Shown here in pieces: positions 38,787 to 51,861 of a DNA stretch of 64,000 nt. How positions within the stretch are numbered: position 1 is the first letter of the stretch; the number at the start of each line of letters is the position of its first letter. Position numbers and translations under genes: made by a program. Source of the DNA: Eledone cirrhosa (Eukaryota); assembly GCA_964016885.1 (NCBI GenBank), contig OZ024745.1:10354001-10418000 (forward strand). Direction: 5' to 3'. The notes under the pieces were generated by a model, which was not told where the DNA came from, did no database searches, and saw nothing but the letters and a program-made list of their open reading frames with translations.

Positions 38787-40501
38787 GAATATAGTAAGAC
38801 CAATATTACAGTCTGGAGTATAGTAAGACCAATATTACAGTCTGGACTATAGTAAGACCAATATTACAGTCTGGACTATAGTAAGACCAATATTACAGTC
38901 TGGACTATAGTAAGACCAATATTACAGTCTGGACTATAGTAAGACCAATATTACAGTCTGGAATATAGTAAGACCAATATTACAGTCTGGAATATAGAAA
39001 GACCAATATTACAGCCTGGAATATAGTAAGACCAATATTACAGTCCGGAATATAGTAAGACCAATATTATAGTCTGGAATATAGTAAGACCAATATTACA
39101 GCCTGGAATATAGAAATACCAATATTACAGTCTGGAATATAGTAAGACCAATATTACAGTCCGGAATATAGTAAGACCAATATTATAGTCTGGAATATAG
39201 TAAGACCAATATTACAGCCTGGAATATAGAAATACCAATATTACAGTCTGGAATATAGTAAGACCAATATTACAGTCTGGAATATAGTAAGACCAATATT
39301 ACAGTCTGGAATATAGTAAGACCAATATTACAGTCTGGAATATAGAAAGACCAATATTACAGCCTGGAATATAGTAAGACCAATATTACAGTCCGGAATA
39401 TAGTAAGACCAATATTATAGTCTGGAATATAGTAAGACCAATATTACAGCCTGGAATATAGAAATACCAATATTACAGTCTGGAATATAGTAAGACCAAT
39501 ATTACAGTCCGGAATATAGTAAGACCAATATTATAGTCTGGAATATAGTAAGACCAATATTACAGCCTGGAATATAGAAATACCAATATTACAGTCTGGA
39601 ATATAGTAAGACCAATATTACAGTCTGGAATATAGTAAGACCAATATTATAGCCTGGAATATAGTAAGACCAATATTACAGTCTGGAATATAGAAATACC
39701 AATATTACAGTCTGGAATATAGTAAGACCAATATTACAGTCTGGAATATAATAAGACCAATATTACAGCCTGGAATATAGAAAGACCAATATTACAGCCT
39801 GGAATATAGTAAGACCAATATTACAGCCTGGAATATAGTAAGACCAATATTACAGTCTGGAATATAGTAAGACCAATATTACAGTCTGGAATATAGTAAG
39901 ACCAATATTACAGCCTGGAATATAGTAAGACCAATATTACAGCCTGGAATATAGTAAGACCAATATTACAGCCTGGAATATAGAAAGACCAATATTACAG
40001 TCTGGAATATAGTAAGACCAATATTACAGTCTGGAATATAATAAGACCAATATTACAGTCTGGAATATAGTAAGACCAATATTACAGCCTGGAATATAGT
40101 AAGACCAATATTACAGCCTGGAATGTAGTAAGACCAATATTACAGCCTGGAATATAGTAAGACCAATATTACAGCCTGGAATATAGTAAGACCAATATTA
40201 CAGTCTGGAATATAGTAAGACCAATATTACAGTCTGGAATATAGTAAGACCAATATTACAGTCTGGAATATAGAAAGACCAATATTACAGCCTGGAATAT
40301 AGAAAGACCAATATTACAGCCTGGAATATAGTAAGACCAATATTACAGTCTGGAATATAGTAAGACCAATATTACAGTCTGGAATATAGTAAGACCAATA
40401 TTACAGCCTGGAATATAGTAAGACCAATATTACAGCCTGGAATGTAGTAAGACCAATATTACAGCCTGGAATATAGTAAGACCAATATTACAGTCTGGAA
40501 T
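38787..40501. repeat. 29-bp minisatellite (AATATAGTAAGACCAATATTACAGTCTGG)
   Basis: Period 29, about 59 units. Confidence 0.97.
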
Positions 40502-40573
40502 CTTCATTGAGATAAACAAAGAATCATTATTCTGAATTCTCCAAAGACTGATGCTACAAATAATATAACCAGA

Positions 40574-43500
40574 TTGTGAACTACTGTGAAGTTATGAACT
40601 AGTGTTGTATAGTTGTGAACTAGTGTTGTATAGTTGTGAACTAGTGTTGTGTAGTTGTGATCTAGTGTTGTATAGTTGTGATCTAGTGCTGTATAGTTGT
40701 GAACTACTGTGAAGATATGAACTAGTGTTGTATAGTTGTGAACTAGTGTTGTATAGTTGTGAACTAGTGTTGTATAGTTGTGAACTAGTGTTGTGTAGTT
40801 GTGAACTAGTGTTGTATAGTTGTAATCTAGTGTTGTATAGTTGTGAACTAGTGTTGTATAGTTGTGAACTAGTGTTGTATAGTTGTGAACTAGTGTGGTA
40901 TAGTTGTGAACTAGTGTTGTATAGTTGTGAACTAGTGTTGTATAGTTGTGATCTAGTGTTGTATAGTTGTGAACTAGTGTTGTATAGTTGTGAACTAGTG
41001 TTGTATAGTTGTGATCTAGTGTTGTATAGTTGTGAACTAGTGTTGTATAGTTGTGAACTAGTGCTGTATAGTTGTGAACTAGTGCTGTATAGTTGTGAAC
41101 TAGTGCTGTATAGTTGTGATCTAGTGCTGTATAGTTGTGAACTAGTGTTGTATAGTTGTGAACTAGTGTTGTATAGTTGTGAACTAGTGTTGTATAGTTG
41201 TGAACTAGTGCTGTATAGTTGTGAACTAGTGCTGTATAGTTGTGAACTAGTGCTGTATAGTTGTGAACTAGTGTTGTATAGTTGTGAACTAGTGTTGTAT
41301 AGTTGTGAACTAGTGTTGTATAGTTGTGATCTAGTGTTGTATAGTTGTGAACTAGTGTTGTATAGTTGTGACCCAGTGTTGTATAGTTGTGAACTAGTGC
41401 TGTATAGTTGTGAACTAGTGCTGTATAGTTGTGATCTCGTGTTGTATAGTTGTGAACTAGTGTTGTATAGTTGTGAACTAGTGTTGTATAATTGTGAACT
41501 AGTGTTGTATAATTGTGAACTAGTGTTTTATAGTTGTAATCTAGTGTTGTATAGTTGTGAACTAGTGTTGTATAGTTGTAATCTAGTGTTGTATAGTTGT
41601 GATCTAGTGTTGTATAGTTGTGAACTAGTGTTGTATAGTTGTGAACTAGTGTTGTGTAGTTGTAATCTAGTGCTGTATAGTTGTGAACTAGTGTTGTATA
41701 GTTGTGAACTAGTGCTGTATAGTTGTGAACTAGTGTTGTATAGTTGTGAATTAGTGTTGTGTAGTTGTGAACTAGTGCTGTATAGTTGTGAACCAGTGTT
41801 GTATAGTTATGAACTAGTGTTGTATAGTTATGAACTAGTGCTGTATAGTTGTGAACTACTGTGAAGTTATGAACTAGTGCTGTATAGTTATGAACTAGTG
41901 CTGTATAGTTATGAACTAGTGTTGTATAGTTATGAACTAGTGTTGTATAGTTATGAACTAGTGCTGTATAGTTGTGAACTAGTGCTGTATAGTTATGAAC
42001 TAGTGCTGTATAGTTGTGAACTACTGTGAAGTTATGAACTAGTGCTGTATAGTTATGAACTAGTGTTGTATAGTTGTGAACTACTGTGAAGTTATGAACT
42101 AGTGCTGTATAGTTATGAACTAGTACTGTATAGTTGTGAACTACTGTGAAGTTATGAACTAGTGCTGTATAGTTGTGAACTAGTGTTGTATAGTTGTGAT
42201 CTAGTGTGAAGTTATGAACTAGTGTTGTATAGTTGTGAACTAGTGTTGTATAGTTGTGATCTAGTGTGAAGTTATGAACTAGTGTTGTATAGTTGTGAAC
42301 TAGTGTTGTATAGTTGTGATCTAGTGTGAAGTTATGAACTAGTGTTGTATAGTTATGAACTAGTGTTGTATAGTTGTGAACTAGTGTTGTATAGTTGTGA
42401 ACTACTGTGAAGTTATGAACTAGTGTTGTATAGTTATGAACTAGTGTTGTATAGTTATGAACTAGTGTTGTATAGTTATGAACTAGTGCTGTATAGTTGT
42501 GAACTACTGTGAAGTTATGAACTAGTGCTGTATAGTTATGAACTAGTGCTGTATAGTTATGAACTAGTGCTGTATAGTTATGAACTAGTGCTGTATAGTT
42601 GTGAACTAGTGCTGTATAGTTATGAACTAATGCTGTATAGTTATCAACTAGTGCTGTATAGTTGTGAACTAGTGCTGTATAGTTGTGAACTAGTGCTGTA
42701 TAGTTATGAACTAGTACTGTATAGTTGTGAACTAGTGCTGTATAGTTGTGAACTACTGTGAAGTTATGAACTAGTGCTGTATAGTTATGAACTAGTGCTG
42801 TATAGTTATGAACTAGTGCTGTATAGTTATGAACTAGTGTTGTATAGTTATGAACTAGTGTTGTATAGTTGTGAACTAGTGCTGTATAGTTGTGAACTAG
42901 TGCTGTATAGTTATGAACTAGTGTTGTATAGTTATGAACTAGTGTTGTATAGTTATGAACTAGTGTTGTATAGTTATGAACTAGTGTTGTATAGTTATGA
43001 ACTAGTGCTGTATAGTTGTGAACTACTGTGAAGTTATGAACTAGTGCTGTATAGTTATGAACTAGTGTTGTATAGTTATGAACTAGTGTTGTATAGTTAT
43101 GAACTAGTGTTGTATAGTTATGAACTAGTGCTGTATAGTTGTGAACTAGTGCTGTATAGTTGTGAACTAGTGTTGTATAGTTATGAACTAGTGCTGTATA
43201 GTTATGAACTAGTGCTGTATAGTTGTGAACTAGTGCTGTATAGTTATGAACTAGTGCTGTATAGTTGTGAACTACTGTGAAGTTATGAACTAGTGCTGTA
43301 TAGTTGTGAACTACTGTGAAGTTATGAACTAGTGCTGTATAGTTGTGAACTAGTGCTGTATAGTTGTGAACTAGTGCTGTATAGTTATGAACTAGTGCTG
43401 TATAGTTGTGAACTACTGTGAAGTTATGAACTAGTGCTGTATAGTTGTGAACTAGTGCTGTATAGTTGTGAACTAGTGCTGTATAGTTATGAACTAGTGC

Positions 43501-44055
43501 TGTATAGTTATGAACTAGTGCTGTATAGTTGTGAACTAGTGTTGTATAGTTATGAACTAGTGCTGTATAGTTATGAACTAGTGCTGTATAGTTATGAACT
43601 AGTGCTGTATAGTTGTGAACTAGTGCTGTATAGTTGTGAACTACTGTGAAGTTATGAACTAGTGCTGTATAGTTGTGAACTAGTGCTGTATAGTTGTGAA
43701 CTAGTGTTGTATAGTTGTGAACTACTGTGAAGTTATGAACTAGTGCTGTATAGTTGTGAACTAGTGTTGTATAGTTGTGAACTAGTGTTGTATAGTTATG
43801 AACTAGTGTTGTATAGTTATGAACTAGTGTTGTATAGTTATGAACTAGTGTTGTATAGTTGTGAACTAGTCTTGTATAGTTATGAACTAGTGCTGTATAG
43901 TTATGAACTAGTGCTGTATAGTTATGAACTAGTGCTGTATAGTTATGAACTAGTGTTGTATAGTTATGAACTAGTGCTGTATAGTTGTGAACTACTGTGA
44001 AGTTATGAACTAGTGCTGTATAGTTATGAACTAGTGTTGTGTAAATTATGAACTA
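40574..44055. repeat. 21-bp minisatellite (GAACTAGTGTTGTATAGTTGT) with an interspersed 18-bp variant (GAACTACTGTGAAGTTAT)
   Basis: Tandem units visible directly. It is the source of the LYSCELV ORFs. Confidence 0.97.
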
Positions 44056-46299
44056 TTGTCAGTGGGTGACATTGAGAAAAATATAGAGAATATTCATATT
44101 AAGTACATAGAACACATTGGTTTGTGTAGGAGACTTGTTTTGTTTGGTGGCAAAGTTGGTGGTAATATAACCAAGGAAGAGATAAGCTTTGCAGGAAGGA
44201 AACATTATGAAGGATATGTAGTAGAAGAGAAAATAGATAAAAGTGGAAGAAAAAAAACCCTTTCCAAATTATCACAAACATATACAAATTTTAATAAATA
44301 TACGAACTAAAATTATTTCTATGACAATAAAACAACAATAAATCATACACTTCAACTGCCATTAACAACCTGCAATGCTTTATGTAAGCATTACAATATG
44401 TATTAACTGGTAGCTAGTACTATGTTACACCCAAACTGTAAGTTTTCTGGTGTAGGGTGGCCTTCACAAACTATTGGCTGAATCCCTCTTTTAATAAACA
44501 AGAAAGTGTTGCTCATACAACACACCTATCCAAGTTAAGTTTTTAGTTATTTCTTTATCTTAAACTTGTAAAAGAAGCAGCAGAAAGTCAGTTTTTGGGA
44601 GCCACCCTATTTTAATCTCTATGGCAGTCTCCTAGATGCTACATATTTTCAGATAGCATGTCTGTGCATTCCAGGTTTCAAACTTGACATCAAAATACAT
44701 GGAAATGGAAACCTACTGATAAGTAACATTGACAACCGTAAAGATTTACCAAACATTTGGAGAAATCAAAGATTAGCATGGGGTGGGGATGAAGTAAGGT
44801 GGGGGGAACAACTACTGAATATATCTTTACAAAAATGGAAATGTTATCTTTCACAGAATCTATAGTATTTTGTTTTAGAAACTTATTACAAGATTCTTAT
44901 CAAATATGTGAATGTGCTTTTATATTATTTAGCGGTGTGTGATAGCATTTCTAAGTGGAAAATAGAAAGAAAAAAACAACCTATTATTACTGTTCCAAAA
45001 GTCACTAGTAGTAGCATTATCAATAATTAATGAGAGGAGTGAGAATGGTAAAACAAAGAAGAAGAAAACAAGTAATGAGAAGAAATGAAAAGCAATAGCA
45101 AGTTTAAGAGAACAAAATCATAAAAATGTTTTACATTTTTGTATTCTTGCAGCGGGTTTACCATAAATGGTCTTTCAGTATGTTGTTTCTAGTTTCAGCA
45201 TCTACAGATAATCAAAAGTAAGGTATTAATACCAACTACTTATTTCCTTTTAAGCAAAAATCACTTTCCAATACTTAAAACACATTTCATATTTAATGGC
45301 TTACTTTAAGAAATAATTGTTTCTTAAAGAGAAAACACTTCTAAATTTGGATGATAAAATTTTCAAGTAAGGGAAAAAAAAAGAGTATTCTAATTTCTAA
45401 ATAGAAAATATTCCATCATGTAAGATTAACTGAGCTTATGGATGCTATCCAAATATCTTACTCATGGTCTACCTCTGGGCACCTTCACTGTTGGCTTTGC
45501 CCATTAAATCAATTCAATGTTTCTTTTCTTAGACATTCTGACCTCTTGATTCAGAGAAATAGAGGCACTACCTGGAGCAATTACCAGGTCTCCAGGATAC
45601 ACACTTTTGAGTGAAGAAAAGAAGAAAAGAAAAAAAGAAAAAGAAAAAGAAAAGAAAAAGAAAAGAAAAAGGAGATACAACCTATTTCTTTTGACTTTGT
45701 TATCATTGGTATTGAGAAAGTTTAGACATGTGTCTACATCTATATTCATACCTTCATACCTGCAAAGATTTCACTATTTCATATACATGGTAAACATAAT
45801 GACCAAATACAAACAAATAGAACCAAACTTTCACAGAACCAAAACAATATTTCTCAAGAGTTCAGATTTCAATCATGACCCTTTGTTTATCACAGAATCA
45901 GAAAACTTAAAAAAACATATTTGATTTGTAAATGTTGTTGTCATAACAAAAGATTCCTGAATATGTTTGCAAAGTTAGAATATTGGATGAATAAAGAGGA
46001 TAAAGCAATATGTATTGAAGTATTAAACTACTTTGTAGTATTATCATATATTTTCTAGTTGAATTCAATAATAGCTCATCTTTCTTATCTGTTATACAAC
46101 TTATATAATATCTGTTAAGCTGATAGCTGCTGGAAAATGTTTTATCAGAAAAGAAAACAACAGTATATTTATCATAAGTTGAATAAAAAATAGTTTAAAC
46201 CTGAATTTGAAACACATTCTGACGATTTCTAAAGGGTTCAGAGAAAGAGATATTTTTTTTAGCACCAAAATCCAATCTATACACATATATAAAAAAGAT

Positions 46300-46630
46300 A
46301 TCCAGGCTATGAGGTGCAATAAAGTAGACGAGAAGAAAGAAATGAAATATTAAATCTGAACGATAAAGGTGAAAGAAGAGGAAGATGAGAATAAAAAAAG
46401 AAAGAATTAGAGGTATTCCAAGTATGAAAGGAAACCACTACCACATCTCCATAATGTAAGTTGTAAGCAATGATAATGTTTAAAGTAGTACATCGGTATG
46501 AAGATAAGTTATCTCTAGAAAGCAAAGAACTTGGAATCACAGAAGAAAAAGTAACTCCAGTATTCTCAAGAGTTCTGTAAAAGAAATTACATAGAAGCAG
46601 GCAGGACACTAGGGGATGGGAATCAGACAC
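46300..46630 (-). mobile_element. Possible highly decayed CR1/L2-like LINE 3' remnant
   Basis: Minus translation has CLLLCNFFYR...VIPS...R...SFHTWN, loosely like LINE C-terminal LFYRY...T...WN motifs, followed by a pyrimidine-rich tail. Confidence 0.3.
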
Positions 46631-46738
46631 AAACTTAACTCTTTCGTTCTTACTTGATACACAAACATTAAGAGGCTGTCAGGTAATTTTAACAACCTGT
46701 AGTAGAATGAGAGGATTTCTAATTTAGGCACAAGGCCA

Positions 46739-46939
46739 GGGCGGTGGATTAGCAGAATCGATAGAGTGTCAGACAAAATACTTTGTGGTATTTAATTACG
46801 ACTGTCTATGTTTCTGAGTTCAAATCCCACCAAGGGGAACTTTGCCTTTTATCCTTCTCGGGTCAATAAAATATAATACCAGTTAACCACCAGGGTTGAT
46901 ATAATGAAATTTACTGACCTTGTGACTGAATTAGAAATC
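46739..46939 (+). mobile_element. SINE family A copy nested in the tail of an antisense family A copy (46716-47110)
   Basis: TSD AATTTAGGCACAAGGCCA (46721-46738) versus AATTTAGGCAGAAGGCAA (46940-46957). Confidence 0.75.
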
Positions 46940-47175
46940 AATTTAGGCAGAAGGCAATGAATTAGTGGGGAAAGGAAAGTTGTTTGTATCGACCCCAGTA
47001 CTTTACTCATACTTTATTTTATCGACCCCAGAAGGATGAAACAAAGTTGATCTCAGTGGGATTTGAAAGCAAAACATAGAGAACCTTAACAAAATACTGC
47101 AACGCATTCCATCAGTAATGTGTGAGCAATGGCTAACATCTTGTTCTCCAGGAGTGTATGTGTGTGTGTATATAT

Positions 47176-47513
47176 ATCATCATTTCATTTTACGTCCGCT
47201 TTTTCCCTGCTTGCAAGGGTGGGACGGGAACTGATTCTGGCTTGATTTCTACAGCTGGATGCCCTTCCTAACACCAACCTCATTTACAGTGAGTGCTGGG
47301 TGCTTTTTTGCCGTGGCACCTCCACGACCACTTTACAGTGGAATGATAGGGACCCCAGTCCTTATCATCTCATTTCTACACAGCTGAGTAAACTGGAGCA
47401 ATGTAAAATAAAGTGTCTTGCTCAAGGAAACAACACATCACCCGGTCTGAGAATTGAACTCACAACCTTTCAATTGCAAGGCCAATGCTCTAACCACTAA
47501 GCCATGTGCCTCC
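47176..47513 (-). mobile_element. Full-length SINE family B (tRNA head plus RTE-derived tail)
   Basis: Head GGAGGCACATGGCTTAGTGGTTAGAGC...GAGTTCAATTC. Tail CACTGTAAATGAGGTTGGTGTTAGGAAGGGCATCCAGCTGTAGAAA...GGACGTAAAATG..ATGAT matches the RTE 3'UTR at 3061-3227. A truncated copy is at 56140-56397. Confidence 0.9.
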
Positions 47514-48089
47514 ATATATATATATATATATATTGGAAAATGTGTGAGGTCCTTGGTACAGTTAGATATATTGAAAAAAAAGGAAAAGAATAATTTGATT
47601 TAATTTTATATTATAATAATTGTTTCTACTTTAGGCACAAGGCCAGCAATTACCCAGTGCATTACTGGTACTTTATTTTATCGACCCCGTAAGGATGAAA
47701 GGCAAAGTCAACCTCGGCGGGATTTGAACTCAGATCGTAAAGGGACGTAACAATAATATAATATTATAATAATATGGGTTGGTTATATATATCGACAAGA
47801 TATCAGACCTCATTTGCTTACCAAGTGGGGTGGGACTTGTTTCCATTGCTGATACTATCTACCAGTCACATCTCCTGGCAGAAAGAGCAATCTGAAATAA
47901 AGTATCTTGCTCAAGGTTATAACACATCCCCTGGTCCAGGAATCAAACTCACACCCTCCCAATTGTGAATCCAATTCTCTAACCACTAAGTCATATGACT
48001 TCACAAGTATTTTTATAATTCAGCATATATTGAGAATAGAACTCCAGATTTACAGCAACTTACCAGAAAATCTGATCAAAGAACCTCAA

Positions 48090-48960
48090 CAAGGTCACTT
48101 ATTAGAATAGACCGCTACATGGTCACCTATTAAAATAGACCCCTAGAAGGTCACTTATTAAAATAGACCTCTACATGGTCACCTATTAAAATAAACCTCT
48201 ACATGGTCACCTATTAAAATAAACCTCTACATGGTCACCTATTAAAATAAACCTCTACATGGTCACCTATTAAAATAAACCTCTACATGGTCACCTATTA
48301 AAATAAACCTCTACATGGTCACCTATTGAAATAAACCTCTACAGTCACCTATTAAAATAAACCTCTACATGGTCACCTATTAAAATAAACCTCTACATGG
48401 TCACCTATTGAAATAAACCTCTACAGTCACCTATTAAAATAGACCTCTACATGGTCACCTATTGAAATAAACCTCTACAGTCACCTATTAAAATAGACCT
48501 CTACATGGTCACCTATTGAAATAAACCTCTACATGGTCACCTATTGAAATAAACCTCTACAGTCACCTATTAAAATAAACCTCTACATGGTCACCTATTA
48601 AAATAAACCTCTACATGGTCACCTATTGAAATAAACCTCTACAGTCACCTATTAAAATAGACCTCTACATGGTCACCTATTGAAATAAACCTCTACAGTC
48701 ACCTATTAAAATAGACCTCTACATGGTCACCTATTGAAATAAACCTCTACAGTCACCTATTAAAATAAACCTCTACATGGTCACCTATTGAAATAAACCT
48801 CTACAGTCACCTATTAAAATAGACCTCTACATGGTCACCTATTGAAATAAACCTCTACAGTCACCTATTAAAATAAACCTCTACATGGTCACCTATTGAA
48901 ATAAACCTCTACAGTCACCTATTAAAATAAACCTCTACATGGTCACCTATTAAAATAGAC
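48090..48960. repeat. 28/26-bp minisatellite (GGTCACCTATTAAAATAAACCTCTACAT)
   Basis: Tandem units, often alternating 28 and 26 bp. Confidence 0.95.
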
Positions 48961-49596
48961 GCCATCTTAAAAGTGACAGAATATATTGGACGAGGTAATT
49001 CTGGATATACAAAAAGGGAAGATCTCAACTGGAACAGCTTTGATCATAGGTCTGAGTAAGGCTGCCCTAGGGCTAAACAACAACAATTTGCTAGAAACTA
49101 TGTAGCATATTGATAAACTGAGTTCAATATCTAGTGTCAATACTTCATTGGCTTTAACTGATAACAATCTGTACCACATGAAACCATGTTATTTCTGACA
49201 ACAGTCCACTTAACCTTTTGTTTGGCAAGTTTCTGGATGTCTTTCCTATCACCAACCCCTTTACAGAGTGTCCCGGGTGTATATGCCACCAACACTAGGG
49301 AGGTTGTCCTTGCTTCAACTCTCCCCCATATACTGATAAATAGGAATGGTAAACTTGAAAGTGTTATAGCCGCCCAATAACTACTATAAAGATTGTTATA
49401 AAAGATCTGGAATAAATACATGTGAATCTATCAATGTTTTCTAAATATTATTGTAATTAATATCTTTAGAAATATAGTATATATATAATTAAATGTTTAT
49501 AACTACCATTTAACAGTTCAGTGAATCAGTAAGAAATGTTATAAGTGAAAAAAACACTCATCTTGTTTCACAGCACAACAGTCGAAAAGTCTGTTT

Positions 49597-49784
49597 TATA
49601 TAATATTTGACACATCATTATATAATATTTGACACATCATTATATAATATTTGACACATTATATAATATTTGACACATCATTATATAATATTTGACACAT
49701 CGTTATATAATATTTGACACATCATTATATAATATTTGACACATCATTATATAATATTTGACACATCATTATATAATATTTGAC
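49597..49784. repeat. 22-bp minisatellite (TATAATATTTGACACATCATTA)
   Basis: About 8 units. Confidence 0.9.
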
Positions 49785-50948
49785 TATTTTTCACAGCACA
49801 GCATTATTTATATAATATTTTCGGCAGGCAGTATAAGCCTTCAAATTAACGTATTATTACAAAGACTTTATGCAATAATAATTATTGGTGGTTTTACTTA
49901 TTGTTTGGAATGGATGTCATTCTCAATGTATGTATGAACTCTTGGAGTAGTAAAAGTGCTATCTTGGATATGTTTTAAACCTGGCAGAGCCCATCCCTCT
50001 CCGGGTCTGAACGCAGCAGGCTTCTTCCTGAGAAGGAGAGAGAGTGATAGTGATAGAGAAGAAGTGAGAAAGAGATACAAGAGGAAGAATTTACCCCCAG
50101 TACTTGATTAGTACATTTTTATCAACCTCAAAAGGATGAAAGGTAAAGTTGACTATGAGAGGATTTGAACTGGGAGCACAGAGAGCTAGACACAAATACT
50201 ACAAAGTATTCTATCCAACATTCTAATGACTGCCAATTTACCACCTATCCATCCTCTATCATTTATAAAAACTGGCGTCATTTATGATAACGGTCTCACA
50301 AAAGTAGTTATAATGATTTAGGCATGCTGTCTAAATTTTAAGGGCACCAAAGAGTTAGACAGGTCTACGTAGACCAAGTCAGTATTGAAGCAGGGCAACT
50401 GACCTCCCAGACAGGCTGGGGTGGTCTGTATCTTACCTTTTGGTCTCATGTTCTATCAAGTGCACAGTGTGGGAGGGAGGGGGCATGCCTTTGACACAAC
50501 TGAAGGGTCTTCCCAACCCTTTGTTTAGCAAGCTATCTACAACTGGATACCCTTCCTATCACCAACCACTTTACACCGTATACTGGGTGCGTTTATCATG
50601 AAGATCACCAACACTAGGGAGGCTGTCATGTCCTTGACATGATAGAAGGGTCCTCCCAACCCTTTGTTTCGCAAGCTTTCTCCAGCTGGATACCCTTCCT
50701 ATACAAAGGAATATTTAGGATGAAGCAGTTAAATCAGATCCCCAAGTACTCAGCCCCATAGATGAAATGACTCAAGTTTAAAACACATTGAGAAACAAAC
50801 TGATATCAGCACACAACAAAATACAAAAAAAAAAAAAAAAGAAATTACATGAAGGTTAAATACTCCAAAATAAATTATGCAGATCAAATGTCTGAAAAAT
50901 ACTTCATACTTTAACTGTTCAAGTATCGAAGTTATAACCTAACTGCCA

Positions 50949-51861
50949 TCTATATATATAAAACTGAGGATGTGTGTGTGTGAGTTTGAATCCCTAAAAC
51001 TCGAGAAGCACCCAACCGACTGTTTTCAAAATTTACACATGTAATACTTATTATGTTTCAGGGAGTGTTCTGAGCAAAATAAATTTCAAATTTTCAATGC
51101 CCTAGGGACCGCATTAGGCGATTTAGCGATCTCTCTCTATAATTCTTAGTCTTTCTCTATTTAGATAGATACATTAGATAGATACATACATATAACGTTG
51201 CACCCTTGTAATATCTGTCTGTATGTCTGACTGTCTGCATTACGTCACTTCCCTGAGGATGTGTGCGTGTCTGAGTTTGAATCCCTAAAATTCGAGAAGT
51301 ACCCAACCGACTTTTTTAAAACTTTACATGTGTATTACTTATGTTTCAGGAAATGTTATGCACATAAGAAAATTCAAGTTTTTGATCCCCTAGGGGCCTG
51401 CATCAGGTGAAAAACTGCGTTTTTTCAGGTTTTTTGAGGCGTTACGCCAGACTGATTTCCTTGAAATTGTAACTATGTATTAGTCAGTCTCTTCTTCATA
51501 CCGTGAGCAAAGAAAATCCAACTTTTTTATGGACTAGGTCCCGCATTAGGTGAAAAACTTCATTTTTCAGCTTTTTATGGCTTTTTTGAGGCGTTACATC
51601 TAGCCGATTTTCCCGAAATTTCAAGGTATATTATGCACATAAAAAAAATTCATTTTCTTGATCCCCTAGCGCCCGCATTAGGTGAAAACCTGCATTTTTC
51701 CTGCTTCATCGAGGAAAATCTTAAAGATTATCCAGCCATCAGAGTATTCGGTTTATTTTCTTTACATATTGTCCAGGCATGCAGTTTTTCCACAATTAGG
51801 TCTGTTGGCAGCCCGCATTCCAAAATACCTTATCCCCTGCAACGCCGGGTACCACTGCTAG
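50949..51861 (+). mobile_element. Non-autonomous Helitron with internal duplications
   Basis: A|TCTATATATATAAAACTGAGGATGTG at the 5' end and CCCCTGCAACGCCGGGTACCACTGCTAG at the 3' end. Colinear with 18020-18645. The base after CTAG is A rather than the usual T. Confidence 0.85.

Noticed and set aside
40725-44000. LYSCELV heptad ORFs (coiled-coil-like)
   Set aside because: 21-bp minisatellite translation. Stops come from the 18-bp variant.
30474-44055. CRISPR-like arrays
   Set aside because: The units are head-to-tail with no unique spacers, there are no cas genes, and the context is eukaryotic.
47430-47513. tRNA-like heads with A and B boxes
   Set aside because: They are SINE heads attached to repeat bodies and lack a full cloverleaf, so they are not called as tRNA genes.
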